64,000 nucleotides of DNA from positions 2,186,457 through 2,250,456 of the forward strand of contig OZ316894.1 of the NCBI GenBank assembly GCA_973895155.1, written 5' to 3'. Origin of the DNA: Marsupella aquatica (taxonomy: Eukaryota; Plantae; Marchantiophyta). Of this stretch, positions 13,789-27,129 are shown in pieces; within the stretch, counting starts at the first letter, position 1; each line of letters opens with the position of its first letter. The notes under the pieces were generated by a model. That model saw only the letters and a program-made list of their open reading frames with translations, had not been told where the DNA came from and did not search any database. Position numbers and translations under genes: made by a program.

Positions 13789-16700
13789 GAATTGCAACTT
13801 TTCCATGTACTCCACTTGGGTGGTGTGATTGTTAGTAAGAGTAGTAAGTGTGTTTGTGCGATTCAAATCAGAGACCAACTACAGTTACTAGCCTTCATAC
13901 AATTTATTTTGTTGGCCTTGAAACCAAAATCGGAGGATACTCCAGGGCATGCGATTTTGTTGGTGGCCACAACTGGACTATACCCAAGGATCAGACAGGG
14001 ACCCACAAAGAGAGGGTTACTAGCCTTATACAAACTTGTGCCCATAAGTGATCACATGTGTATGACAAATCAATCTTGCTGACATCACCAGAAACTTTAA
14101 GTAAGGAATATTTTCTCCCTGTTACAAATGACATATACAATTGTTTCTTTTAATTATTATATTCTAGCTTGTCCCCCAAAATTGTCTGTTATGTTGATGT
14201 TACAACACTATGCCGTAAAGCTGTATTCCAATATAACAGCACCGTGGTATTAGATTACCATATAATATAAGGCCTTGGTGCAATATGGGAGGAAAACTTT
14301 AGTATGGGGTCCAACTCATTACCGCTGTCGGATGGTTTGAGGTTTCCCTTCAAGAAAGAACTGTTTAACTACTGTAGATATTAAAGGTGTGATCGAGAGA
14401 TAAGTAATCTCCCACACTTCTAAAGTATTACTCGATCAGGGTTTGACCATAATTGTGTTATCTTTTAACCATGGTTGAGCTGCTTTCAACTTTGATAGCT
14501 AACCATGGGCCCGACCAATCCATGGGTTAACTATCATTTTGTCTACACTTTAGAAGTCATAGACACTTATATATTCATCCGTTTATTTATATTAAGCTGA
14601 CGATTATGCTAGCTTCCATCCCGAGCGATTTGAAAAAAAGCAGGACAGCTGATGAGCATATGGAGCATCTAGTGATTAAATTCAAACTTGGCACTGCCGA
14701 TTTTCAGGGAAGTGACTTTGGCAACTTGAGCGACATTTCAGAATTTTTCCTGAAAATTTGCACTGTCCCATGGCATGGCCTGGTGGCATGCTGCAGTGTC
14801 CCCAAGCACTACAGTAGTATAGAAATTACATAGTATGAATGATGTCCCCGAGTGTAATGCTTGGTTCTCCATTGGTATGTGTAATCATAAGTGCAACTCA
14901 ACTTTAGTAATTGCACTTATAAATAACTGCAACAATGGTAGGAAACAAGATTCCTTAAATGGTGCCTGATCATTGGCAATTCAATGAAGGTGCCTTAGTT
15001 TGCAAGACTTGGGGGCCCATTCCTTCTTTTTATTCTCTCTGAATTTAAATTATCATATACTGAGTGGAAATGGCGGGAGTTGGCTTTACAAAACCTTCAG
15101 ACCCATTCAAATGCGTGTGTCTACAAATCCTATATGGCAAAGAGTGGACCCAAAGAAATGCATATTTGGAGTGCTTGTTTTATCTAGAATTTTAGGTGGT
15201 CCAAACAATTCCACTCTTTGACTCCTTCATTCCCAACGATTTGTCTTTATTGAAATTCAATGCAAAAAAATTATGGTCTGGAATCTAATCTTGAGAAAGA
15301 GAATTGGCCCTCCAGTTTGCTTCCGTGAAAACAAGGCACAAGTCAATAGGAAGTCTTGTAAAGTTACCCTAAGGCAACCCTTTCACAAGTCACAAGTCCA
15401 TTGGAAGTCCTGTAAAGTCACCCTAAGGCAACCCAGCTCTTATCTCGCCTCTCCTTCAATTCCACCCAGGCGATTACTTGCATGTGACAACATGAGGGTG
15501 TAACTCAGGGGAGGTTTGGTTTGAGGCAGGTTACAACAATCACCTGGGGTTAACCCAAAATCATCAAATTTTATAATCTGCACAGGTCACAACACTCACC
15601 TGGGGTTAACCCAAAATCATCAATTTTTTTAATTTGGCTTTTCTAATTCTGCCTTTTTTTCTGAATGGCTCCAACAAACTCACTTGGGGTTAAAGCATCA
15701 CTGTCCATGACAAAACCTCAAAACCTGGATTCACCATGTTTAGACGTTTTTTCCTGAAATTGTGGAGCAAAGTCTCACCCTAGAGGAGAGAATTGTGTAA
15801 ATAAAAAATTGTGAAAAAGAGACAAGTAGTGGACACTCCTTTTATGTGGATAGTGGTGGTTTAACCCAAAATCATCAAATTTTTTCACTTGGCTTTTTTA
15901 ATTCGGCCGTTTTTTTCTGAATGGCCCCAACGAATTGCAACAATAGATTTTTGGGTGCAGATGCCTGATCGATTTTTGGTGCAGCTGACCATCCGAGTTA
16001 GTGGTGGTAGCGAAAACCACATTTTGGGCACCACTTAAAACCTCATGCAACTGAAGGTTTGAAACCCCCCATTAATGTGCAGAACCGAGGAGACACCCTC
16101 TCGTTTCTTCTATGATGTTAGCTTTCGCTCCAATCTACAGAAATTTCAGCTCGCAATTTTGAGAAGCTTGCGGCAAGATTCAGAAACTGTTATCAGGAAC
16201 GGTTTTGGTTTCTGCAAAGCAATTGATGCGTTTACATTGACGGCACCTAATATCCGTGGCTCAGACTTGAATATAGCATATATTCTGAACCTACTTTGGT
16301 GACAGGTTTGTAGTTTTCCGAATGAACAGTACTGTGCTACGGATCTCGATCAACGGGATCTGGAAAATGATGGTGCCAATCGCCAGTCCAGCTCTCGAAG
16401 TCATGGGCATGAAAAAAGACGATCCGGAGGAGCTCAGAGCGAAGGTGGTGGCGAACCCGGAGGAAATTCGATCTGTCTCAGTTAACCCTCCCTTTCAGCG
16501 CCTGTTCCTGTCGTTTAGCATCACAATAAAGAATACCGTGCCATCACGAAGATTGCAAGCCTGCCAGTGACCACCAAGCCCGGCACAGTACTCAACTTCC
16601 GGCTCACATGAATCATCACAGTATGATTGTGTGTGCATCGTGCAGAAATTTAATAAGAGGCTCGGCCCATTGTCCTGTTTTCATATATTTGATCTAGGGG

Positions 16701-18283
16701 ATGACTCAAAGGCCCGAAGGATGATCCTAGGCCTGGTATCATATCCAGTCCGACAGCAGAGTGGCTCCAAGAAGCGAAAAGTTGAAATCACTCCATCACC
16801 CAGTATATGGATTTTTGCAAAACTATTTTGGCGTTCTTCGGCACTAGTACCTTAGCTGAGAATTCAATGAGAAGGTCACATCACGCATGAAGGGCAGGAA
16901 ACAATTGTGATCAGATTATAGATTGCACTTGATCCTCGTCTCGTAGACCACTGAATCTTGCAGAGAAGTCTCCAGAAATTGGAAACGAACATTTCGACCT
17001 TCGTTCTATGACTCCTTCAAAGCGCCACATTCCGAAGTAAAGTATCGAAAAGCCTTTGGGGACTTTTGGAAATCAGCTATTTTCGGCCTTTATGTAACCA
17101 CTACTTCGAGAGCAGAAAAACCAAGTTTACCGAGAACTTCCAGCGTCGCGGTTTATACCTTTCAAACCACCACATCAACAACACGCGATCGCTCCCAATA
17201 AATCAAACTTTGTGTCATGAGTATCACCGAGAAAATTGTTTTGATAAACAAAGATAAAACACCCTTTCAGTTGGAGGAATTAATTTGAATGAAAGTTGGA
17301 GGAACAAATCTTTCATTCAAATCAGTATTTTAAATAGACTTGGACCCACGAGATGGCATTTTCACACTAAGCAAGTTACTTACTCTAGCCGATAGGAGAC
17401 AACTCATATGAATTGCAGGAAGCAATCGTCTTGTCCCAACGAAGTGATGTCGAGTGCGGTTGTAAAGCACTAAAAATCCATTGACAGTCAGGAGTTCAAG
17501 TACGTCATGTGATATCCAAAACGAGGGTAATACTGTGAAAATAATGACGAGTATGGTAGGTAAAAATTTATTCTCGACTCCATTTCTCCAGATCATATGA
17601 ATCCGACTTCGTGCACATCCAAGTCAAGCTTCTAACGAAAACATCTCTGAATGTGGGGCAAAATAGAGAAATTATTCTAAGTCACATTTTCATGCAAAAG
17701 GTAGTCCATTTTGATTGAAAGAACTGTTCGTTGCGAAAGGCAATATTTGAGGTCACGATTCTTGAAAAGTTTACATGTAATAGATCCCAAGCCCTGGTTT
17801 GTGCAAAACTCATAGATGAAATACTTGTTGATTTTTGGCAGATTGCAAAGTTCGAAGACTGGAGACCAGGAATTGCACAAAATAAGAACGAGACTGCAAA
17901 TGATAAGAGATATTGCAGAAGTGCCAGAAACATGTCGCATGTTACAACAATCTTAACAAGACCCAAATCTAAGATCCACGTCCCAAAGGCCAATATTAAG
18001 AGGAGAGTCTTCTGCTTTTTCTGCTTCCCCACAAAATTTTAATGTGTCTGCTACGTACATGACAACAGTAATTACAAAGGAAGCAACTGAAAAATCTGCT
18101 GACTCAAAATATTGACAATCGCCAGCTTCCCGTTCACAGGGTAAAGATTGAAGCGGTCCTGTGTGCCTCATGTCCCATTCCAACACAGAAGAAACGCGAG
18201 GACCCCTCAACAAATGATTCCTGGAAAACATCAAACCCAAGCCGGAGGCTTCAGTCTAGACCTGAAACAATAAATCAATGTCA

Positions 18284-20635
18284 CTAGGCCGAGAAGCCTG
18301 TTGGGGGATATTGGGTAGGTCTGATGAAATCTCCCGCAGTTGCTATAGCTGATACCAACGCTGCAGTTTGAAGCATTCTGATTCCACTGCCTGTCCTGAG
18401 TGACGCCAGAGCTCCCGTTGTAGCTCCTGCGATGGTAGCATTCACCTGTGACAGAAAGCGGACAAGAAATTACAACACACGAAACAGGGGAGTTGCCTCA
18501 TCTGCTTGGCACTCTTGTGCTCTAAACCAGGCCACTTCATGCTGCACTAGAAATCATCTTTACAACAGTACTGCCTAACTCACATCACCCTGGCGAAAGT
18601 CAAAATTTCCGATTTCACGTATGTTGGAGGAAGATCAGTAAACAATATATAAAAGAGACAACAACCCACCCAATCACTTTTCCTTCTCGCAGTTTCAACA
18701 CCACAGTTCAATCCTAAGTACATCCCAGCAAAGATACCTGAAACCACGAAACAGAATTAACAAAGGACATTGAAATGGACAAGGGCCCGGCGTATACTTC
18801 TGGCTTCGAGATTTCGTACAGATCAAGAATTGATGAGCCTGCCGGCAAGTAAGTTTTAAATCATAACAGCGAAAGAAAACTTGATTGTAAAGGGCCAGTA
18901 CAACAGTCAACCCTCCCTTATCTCTTGCTCATACAATAATCAGCAAATTCTCCGAGAGCGCAGAACATTTGCTTTCGTAAAGACTGCGACTGGAGGTGTA
19001 CTCACCCCATCCCAGACCATTCCTTGCAACTGACTTTGCCTGTATCCAAAAGCACCAATGTTAAAATGTCTCGCCAGCATTAGCTATAAACATCGAGTGT
19101 GCAAAGTCTAAAAATCCATCATCATCAGGTCATATCTATGTCGATAATTTTGGTCCATAATAAGATCCACACCGAGGAGACTGCGACCTAATCGCAAGAA
19201 TGACTTATAGATCGGGTCTATTTTATCTCCCAGCTTACCGAGGTTGACAGAGGATCAATTCCAAACGCTCAGTGGAAGGGAAGGCAATGTTGAGCCTTTC
19301 AAAAAGCTTCAGTGGCTTACCACATAGGTGGCCCGAGCTGTCCCTTTATGCCCTGATACAGAAAAATAAAATGTTGTCAAGATGACATATATTGAAGTTA
19401 ATCACCCTCCAGAATGAAGAACTTTCCACGAGGACGTGAAAACTTCCAGGGCCACTCTACTTTAAAAAGCCTCCGGAACACATTGACAATTTTCATGAAA
19501 AGGTAGAATCATGAGCTGGGTTATTGGACTGACCAAACTCTCTGGGTAAACAGTTCATGAATTCATGAATGCCAATCAATAGACGAGTCAGGCAGACATC
19601 TTCTGGGTATATCCACAAACCATAGGATTGCTTAAAATACCACTCACCCTCTTTAGTCGCATCGTAAGAACCCATGAAAAGTCCCCAAGCAATTCCAGCC
19701 TGCAAATCGATCCAGTTATAGTTATCAAAAAGAACAGCACGTGCTAGACGGTGCTCTGCCTCACAGAGGTAGGAGCATCCCGAAATTCATAGGTCTTAAG
19801 GTGCTGTGTTAACTGACAGCTCCTAGAGAGGCACTTGAAGTCAAAATAAGACTGCTTAGCCGCAAATGTTTATGGAAACGAATAAGTGGATGAGTTTCCT
19901 TATCAGGAGAGGGAAACCAGAAATCTCAACTGCCCAAATCCCAACACTCTCGCTGTCAGAGTGCAAGTGGTGAGGACAAATGACAGTGAACACAGCGGTA
20001 AAAATCACCGGGTTGGTGCCTTGTCCATCTAGATTTTCGAGGCAATCAGATACACGCAAACTTATTCTATTGCAAACCCCCGAAAGCACAGTTTTAAAAC
20101 GCATTATGGTTTTCCAACCCTAGTTCAGCGCTAGGGGACCGCCAAAGAGATGGAGAACATCACTGGACAAGAAGAAAAACACGAAAAATGAGATGACACG
20201 CGCAAACTTCCGACTGAGAGCACCAATTGAAAAGTTAAAGCACACTTACTGTAGGTTTTCGCTACATTTTGGAAACCCCGAACTCAAACGTAAATTACCC
20301 TCAACATTCTACACCTTTCCCTTCGTGACATGCCGAATCATGGGTCTTAATGTGGTACCTTATACTCAACAGTAGTAGCACTCACAGTTCCAAAATGCAG
20401 TCATTGTCATTGCCGAAGTTTCCCTCTCAGACTTCGACAGATGCCATCATTCACAAGTGCTCATTTCAAAGCAGTTTTTTGTCCTCTCAAACAACAACAA
20501 CAACAACAACACTCGAAAAGGATCAAAGTCAAAATTACGAAATGAAGACTCACGTACTGTTCCGATGCGCACGAAGCCGTCCACTGCTCGAGACATACAA
20601 GGCGGCCCAGACTGATACAAATCTCGCAAATCCAT
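18284..20635 (-). CDS. OEP16-4: Outer envelope pore protein 16-4-like (PRAT / Tim17-Tim22-Tim23 family), 141 aa; exons 20635-20558, 19699-19648, 19352-19321, 19039-19006, 18737-18670, 18445-18284
   Basis: Six phase-compatible GT-AG exons give MDLRDLYQSGPPCMSRAVDGFVRIGTAGIAWGLFMGSYDATKEGHKGTARATYVAKSVARNGLGWGIFAGMYLGLNCGVETARRKSDWVNATIAGATTGALASLRTGSG... This contains the PRAT motif R-x-K-x-D-W-x-N-x3-AG-x3-GA and is collinear with plant OEP16-4. Confidence 0.85.
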
Positions 20636-20792
20636 CCTCCCGCTCAGAATGTCTTCTCCTCTCCGCGTCTCCTCTTGTCTTTGCAATCTCTTCCCATGCG
20701 ACTACGGTCTACTCTAGAAGTGGGTCTCAACCGATGCCCACGAGACTCTCCGCCCCTCCCCGCCTCGCCCTCTTGAGGCTCTGTACAGCGCT

Positions 20793-21660
20793 GGGGCACG
20801 GCATATCGCACTGCATTATCCCGGCCCTTTACGGTTGAGGGCCGCCCGGTAGTTTAGCGGGCCGCAAAAACACAGCCACACTATACGCTCCTTTTCCTTT
20901 TCTGTTTCTCTTTCACACTTTACCAACATTTTCTGTTTCTTTTTCACGCTTTACCAACACAAGTCACACTATACTCTCCTTTTCCTTTTCTGTTTCTTTT
21001 TCACACTTTACTTTCTATTTGTCTTGTACTTGTATTTGTCTTGAAAATAAAAGAGGAAGAGCACTTAGTAGACTCTCCTCAACCCAATAATGACATACAT
21101 TCTTTGCAGGGAACCCATTTCAGGATGAGGCCGCACGGATCCGAGAGGAACCCACACCAAGAAGGACAGAGGTAGTCAAGTGGGCAACCAGAGGCTAAGT
21201 AGATAATCAGAATTCCCATCCAATACCCACAAAACCCATCCCATTACACACATATACCTGTGGGGAGGGGGGATAGTTACAGGCTAATTCTCTAGTCAGC
21301 TGACCTAAGCCAGTTTCACATCTTACTTTCCGTTCCTATTGAGAGCAAAGCAATTGAATATGGACGGTCAGGTCCCCCCATAAATTTAAAAATTGAGTTT
21401 AATTAGATAAATACTAGGATTTCTTGTAGAGTGTTGGGGGGCACTGCATATCACACTGCATTATCCCGTCCCTTTGTGGTTGAGGGCCGCCCGGTAGTTT
21501 AGCAGGCCAACAACACAGCCACACTATACTTTACTGTTCTTTCTGTTAATTTCTTTTTTGCACTTAATTTTCCATTCCAACAGCAATTGTATGTGGACGA
21601 TCAGGTTTGCCCATAAATTTGAGTTGAGCTAGACAAGATAAATCCTACTTGGGATTTCAG
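20793..21660. repeat. Diverged tandem duplication of the proximal upstream region of the OEP16-4-like gene
   Basis: GCATATC(G/A)CACTGCATTATCCCG...GAGGGCCGCCCGGTAGTTTAGC...CACAGCCACACTATAC occurs at ~20802 and ~21446. A second shared block (GCAATTG..TGGACG.TCAGGT..CCCATAAATTT) occurs at ~21350 and ~21583. Confidence 0.75.
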
Positions 21661-22353
21661 TTTTTTCTGACAAAAGTTTAGGTGTCTTTATTGCAAATTT
21701 TAGGAATATTCGAAGCATCCTGATGAGTATATACCCAGTGTGAAAATAAATAGAGAGAAAATATTTTTGGACATTTTGCACTCTATGAGGCACTCTAATG
21801 TCAAAAGACATAAAAGAATGTTTCACCTTGGACTTGAGCTAACAGGATTGTCCCTGTACAGTTCTATATATATATAACATTGCCCAAGGACAAAAGACGC
21901 CACACTCATAGACAAGATCCTAAAGAGCCCAAAGAAAACACCAATAAAGGGTAAAAAACAAGGAAAAAAACCTAGGAAGACTACATTCTCTTGATGGACT
22001 TTATCAGCATAAGGGGTTCATAGCACATTTCCCCTCAGAGGTGATAATTTAAAGCGTAGAAAGTAATTATTTCATAATGTATTTTACAAAATTTGTAGTA
22101 AAATCAGTCAGCAGCCCGGTCAGTAGCAGAGTAACTTCAAATTGATGTACAGTTGAAAATTACTGTAGCCACTAAATTTGAAATCCAAAGTCCAGGTGGG
22201 CAGGGCTTTGGCACAGAACCATCACATGCAAATAATTACAAAAATCCTTCAGACAGTTTATGACTCCACAACAAGTGGATAGAGAGAGACTGGGAGAGAA
22301 ACCGGAGAGCAAGTTGTAAGCAATACTAACCTGAATACCCGTTCCTTGAACAC

Positions 22354-22735
22354 AAATAAAGGTGAGGACAAAAAAACCTTGCAAAAGAGGGATTCCTTCC
22401 TATTTCCCATAATTCATCTTTGCCTCAATCCCTATTTTTTGCCTACACCCTCACTTTCAATTATTCTCTTAAAGTCACGGTCTAGAGACTTAGCTCTGGG
22501 CAATAGGCCAAGAGAGTAGCTCTCAGTTGTGATCATGTACTTATACATACTAGCCTCATTACCCAGTCCTTGAACTTAAATAAAAGTGTGGACAAAACAA
22601 GACCTTGCAAAGGATTCCTTGCTACTTCTTGTACATGTGCGACACAATCCCTATTTTTTGTCTGCACCCTCCCTTTAAATTCTACCCTTAGTTAGCGTCA
22701 CCCTCTAGAGGGTTTACTCTAGATAGTTGGCCCAT
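22354..22735. repeat. Diverged ~225-bp tandem duplication
   Basis: AAATAAA.GTG.GGACAAAA...CCTTGCAAA...GGATTCCTT...CAATCCCTATTTTTT...CTAGAG at ~22354 and ~22578. Confidence 0.55.
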
Positions 22736-25700
22736 CTGTTCTTTAGCAGTGTGATATATATTCAATATTGATATTGAGAGCCTGATTGAGAGCAGTGCAA
22801 CCCTTGTGGGGAGTCATGGAGCAAGCCAAAATGTCATCAGGCGCCATGCCATTTAAAGGTCCCACCCAACCCCCAACCTAACAGCCATTGGCAATTGCTT
22901 TCTTTCTATATCTATATCTTTTACACAACCAAAAGACAATGTCCCGCCGTGGGCCAGTTGGGAGACCCCTTGGGTGGAGTCCCCTTCTACCTGTTGCAAC
23001 CCCCCAACCCCGCCCCCCCCAAAAAAAAACAACAACAACAACCCTGCCCAAAAGGTTGACTTTCATCCCAAAACTAAGTCTAAATCCATGTCATCCTAGT
23101 GAACATCAACACTTCCATAGCTCTTGTGTGAACTTTGAAATTCTATGGGTCAAGCAAACATTTTGGGACAGGGGTCCCATCCAACCTTGTAGCTCTGTAT
23201 CGATAGAATCATACTTTCCCAATGAATAAATCATAGCGTGCTGGTATCTTTACTTTGAATATGCAAAGCGAGATTTTGGCCATGAATATAAAACATAGTA
23301 GGTAAAAAGCAATTTTATAGAAGGTCAAGATTAAACACTTATCTTAAAATATAATCTAAGATTCAATTTTAAAAATGTTTTCAGGAGCGAGCACAAAACG
23401 AAAATGATCTTTGGATATAAACCTTCTGAATTCTATATCCACGTCGCTTTAGTTAATTAGAATGCATGTTGTTTTTGATCCCATGCAATGGGAAAATGAT
23501 ATGGGAGCAAGAGGATTCCAAAAGCCATAAAATAAAACCGTCCTACTGTAGTATTTTAAGCTCGAACATGCACTAGGAGATATCAGCTGTGAGTAAAAAG
23601 CACAGTAGGTCCAGATCAAACGACTTCTAGAAGATATCCAAGATTCCCTCAAATTCTAAAATATTTATGCGTAATACAGAGGCACCCCAGGGAAACCATA
23701 GGTCAGAATATCAGATCCAAAATGGTTTCTTATCAACTTCTTTTGCACTATATCCATATTATCATAGTTAAAACGCAAGTTTAGTAGGTCCCGTTTGAAT
23801 CTCAATATGGACTGGTGGAATCCATGGGAGATTAGAGCTTATCCCAGTAAATTGTGTCGTCCCAGTATTCTTGCATGGCCATCTGGGCAAGATGTCCGCC
23901 CTGAGTATAATAAGCATGTAAGGTCTAGATCAAACGGCTTCTGGAATATCCCCTAAGGGTAGGTTCTCACGTAGAGTTATGTTTATAACTACTGTAAGAT
24001 GTTAAATGAAAAGAAAACTTGCTAGCTCAAGTGTGGGGTTTAGTTGAAACTCACATTTAAGATCATTAACGATCATTAGTTAGACTCAATCACTGGGCGG
24101 ATACTTAATCAGGAAGTAAAGTGCCAAAACAAACCAGCCAAAACTGTATATATAACTCGAGAAATAACTTTTGATACCTTTTTGGACCTTTAGGGTAATT
24201 TTTTATTATTAAAACATTGCAGAGCGCACAGCCGTAGATCAGATCTTCCGGCAGGGTCGCCGTCATATTGCTACCGGTACAGTGGCGCGTGTTGGTTTAC
24301 GCGGTCCGAGCTAACCACAGTTAACATAGTACAGTGGGTCGAAGTATCAAACCTGCCGGTTCGAACTCGTCGTCGGTAGTCCGTCTCTCCAGGTGGTGGG
24401 GTCGGCCAACGAGACTCTGCCATCACTGTGCCATCACTTCATTCGTCCGGAAACCCGTCTAGAGGGTTTGGGAGGCTTTTGTCGTGGACGACCTTCGAAC
24501 AGGAACCGATAGCGTTGAGTGTTTTCCAGAAAAAAGAAAAGTTCTGACAGGCGCGTTCGTCTGTTGACATGTACGGTTTTGGGTTTGGAAAAGGTGGCGT
24601 TTCATACGCGTAGCATACGTACAGTACATCGAAATCGAGGCCTATCTTTTGCATGGCCAACTTTTGTCACTAAAGTGGTGTCCTGTGCTCCTGTCTGTTA
24701 CATCACTTGACATCCCTTCTTTACTTCGTGTCCTTGCTGTGCATGTCAATCCCAAGAATTGTACCACTATAGTTCAAAAAGGGAAATCTGTCATCTAACA
24801 CCCTCCCACACTGCCCACCTTAATATGTGCCTAGATTTAACATAAGGCATGGGAGCCATTTTTTTGTGAATTTTGGTAATGTTTTTAAAAGTAAAGGGAA
24901 TGATGCATATATGAATTCATTCAAAGACCACTGAGGCAAGAACCAGTGGGCCATAGGATCATGTTTGTGGTTTGTACACGTTTTCTTAGTGGTACACTTT
25001 AGTAATTAGACTAGGTGGTGCAGAAAGCAAGTATCTTTCCCCATTCCAAATAATTCTATCAATTAAACAACTTTCAAGCACTTTGTCAATAAAGATGTTC
25101 TTATTTATGATACTGACACAATTCTTTTGTATATACAAATATGCCCAGGTTTGTATATGAATGACAACTTCACCAATGTATCTAAGGGGACTAGATACTA
25201 AAAGAGTGACACATTTGTAAATAAAATAAAAATAGTGACAATCTCGGTGACAATATCATAAATTCAAACATCTTTAGTGGTAATGTACTTAAAAGCTGAT
25301 CCATTGAAAACTGCTATTATTGGAAACGGAATTTGTGAGAGTGGATGATGTAATGAGATGTCTTCCTCAAAACATTTCATAGAAAATGGCGCCATGTGTA
25401 GCTTTCCCAAGGAGAGAAACCTCAGAATGGAGAAGGAGATTCATGAGTGCTTTAAGAGTGGAGTGAGATTAGGGAGATTGGCTCAATGGAATCTAAATCT
25501 TGCTAATCACTTGATGTAGCTTTTCCTTTGTCTCCTCACAGGCTACACCAATCGGTCCCTGCCCGTTTCTCTATCTTTAATAGTTGACGGCATGGTTCAA
25601 ACTGCAAACATGCTCTCCCTCCTTTCCTTCCTCCCCTTTGTATTTGGGGGTCACCTAGGATAAATGAGGCTTTGGCTAAATTTAAACCTTGGGATGAGAG

Positions 25701-26714
25701 AAAATAAGGTTTATTATATTGCTAGCTTCAACCAGGGACTCAAACAAGAACCACACTCTATCACCAGTCTGGGCCATTGGTTGATCATGCATTTCAAGGC
25801 AAAAAGCAAATAAGCATGTGCGCCAATGGATAATGGCCATTAGACTGCCAACACTTCCCTCACCATCCAACACATAAATTTCATGACTCAAAGAAAGATA
25901 TGGCCGACTCAATCTTGCATGTGTTTGTACCTAACACCACTTCAATAAATCCAACATATTTACTATCATAAATAGGTGTCATTGGAATCAAACAAATTAC
26001 TTGTGACATCAAAGAGAGCCACAATTTTGAGAATTTGGAAATGTCATATTAGAATTCACAACACTGCAGAAATGTTTTGAATGCAAACTTTTTGGATGCA
26101 CTGGTAATTCACAGCTGGAATTAACAAATTCCAAATTCCTGCAGTGATGTGAATTCACACCACCTGAGCACAGTGCTGCTATTGAAGATCAATACTGACC
26201 GACACAGGATGCTCCCACCCCCCTCTCAAGCTATGGCGGTCAGGTTGACACTCATCACAGTCGCTGTTGTTGGAAAACACAAAGTGAGGAATGGGGCCCC
26301 AACACTGATTCAAAAGGCCAAAATAATAGATGGGAAACCATAGATTCTCATGACCAGCAAACCAGGCAAATGGAGGCTGCACATTTTAACCAGCATCTGC
26401 CGAACCTAACACGAACGGCTGTACAAATATCCTCACCGGCCAATATTTTTGAGAGCCCCTAGTCCCCAACATATGCTGTGAATCGTTTTTTGTTTGAATG
26501 CCTGGTGTGAAGTAATAATGATGCAATCTTCAAACTTGCACCCAGGTTAGGGTAGTATGAAATAATTACAAATATACATGGAAGTGTGGAGATAGGATGG
26601 TAGAAACTCCAAAATTTGCTCCTCTATCTGTATCCCAGGGTAAGGTAGTTTGATATAATTTAAGATAGAAAAGGAAATATGGAGATAGGATGGTTAAAAA
26701 TACAGAGAAGATAT

Positions 26715-27003
26715 CAATAGGGGATCTCAATGCTTCAAATCTGATGGATCTTAACTCAATAGTTAAAGTTTACCAGTAGTTAAGGGTACGGCCAGAAATA
26801 AAAATTGGACTATTGTAAATCATAGTCCATAACCTTTTGCCATAAAGATTGATCATATGCCATGACCATATGTCAGTCTAGAGGCTAGAGAAAAACAAAA
26901 GAAAGATTTAATTTACAGAACCATGTGAAAAAAGTATGGCCATTTGCTTATGGTCAAAAACCTTCATCCATAACTTTGAAGCTTTGAGACTCACTAATTC
27001 AGT
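26715..27003. mobile_element. Degenerate MITE-like repeat, same family as 7035-7320
   Basis: Terminal motifs shared with the 7035-7320 copy; inverted ends. Confidence 0.4.
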
Positions 27004-27129
27004 CTTGTTGTGACGGAAATTGATCCAGGTTCAATCTATTTAAATTCTTTTTCGTACCAGGGGCGGCAGGGGATGAAGAATGAGACATTGGGGAGAGAGC
27101 AAAACTTTATGAGAAGAATGTATGAACTT

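Noticed and set aside
17330-18240. Hydrophobic ORFs as the TM exon of the fucosyltransferase or as a separate gene
   Set aside because: A better phase-compatible TM exon exists at 12227-12113; this region is more likely OEP16-4 3'UTR.
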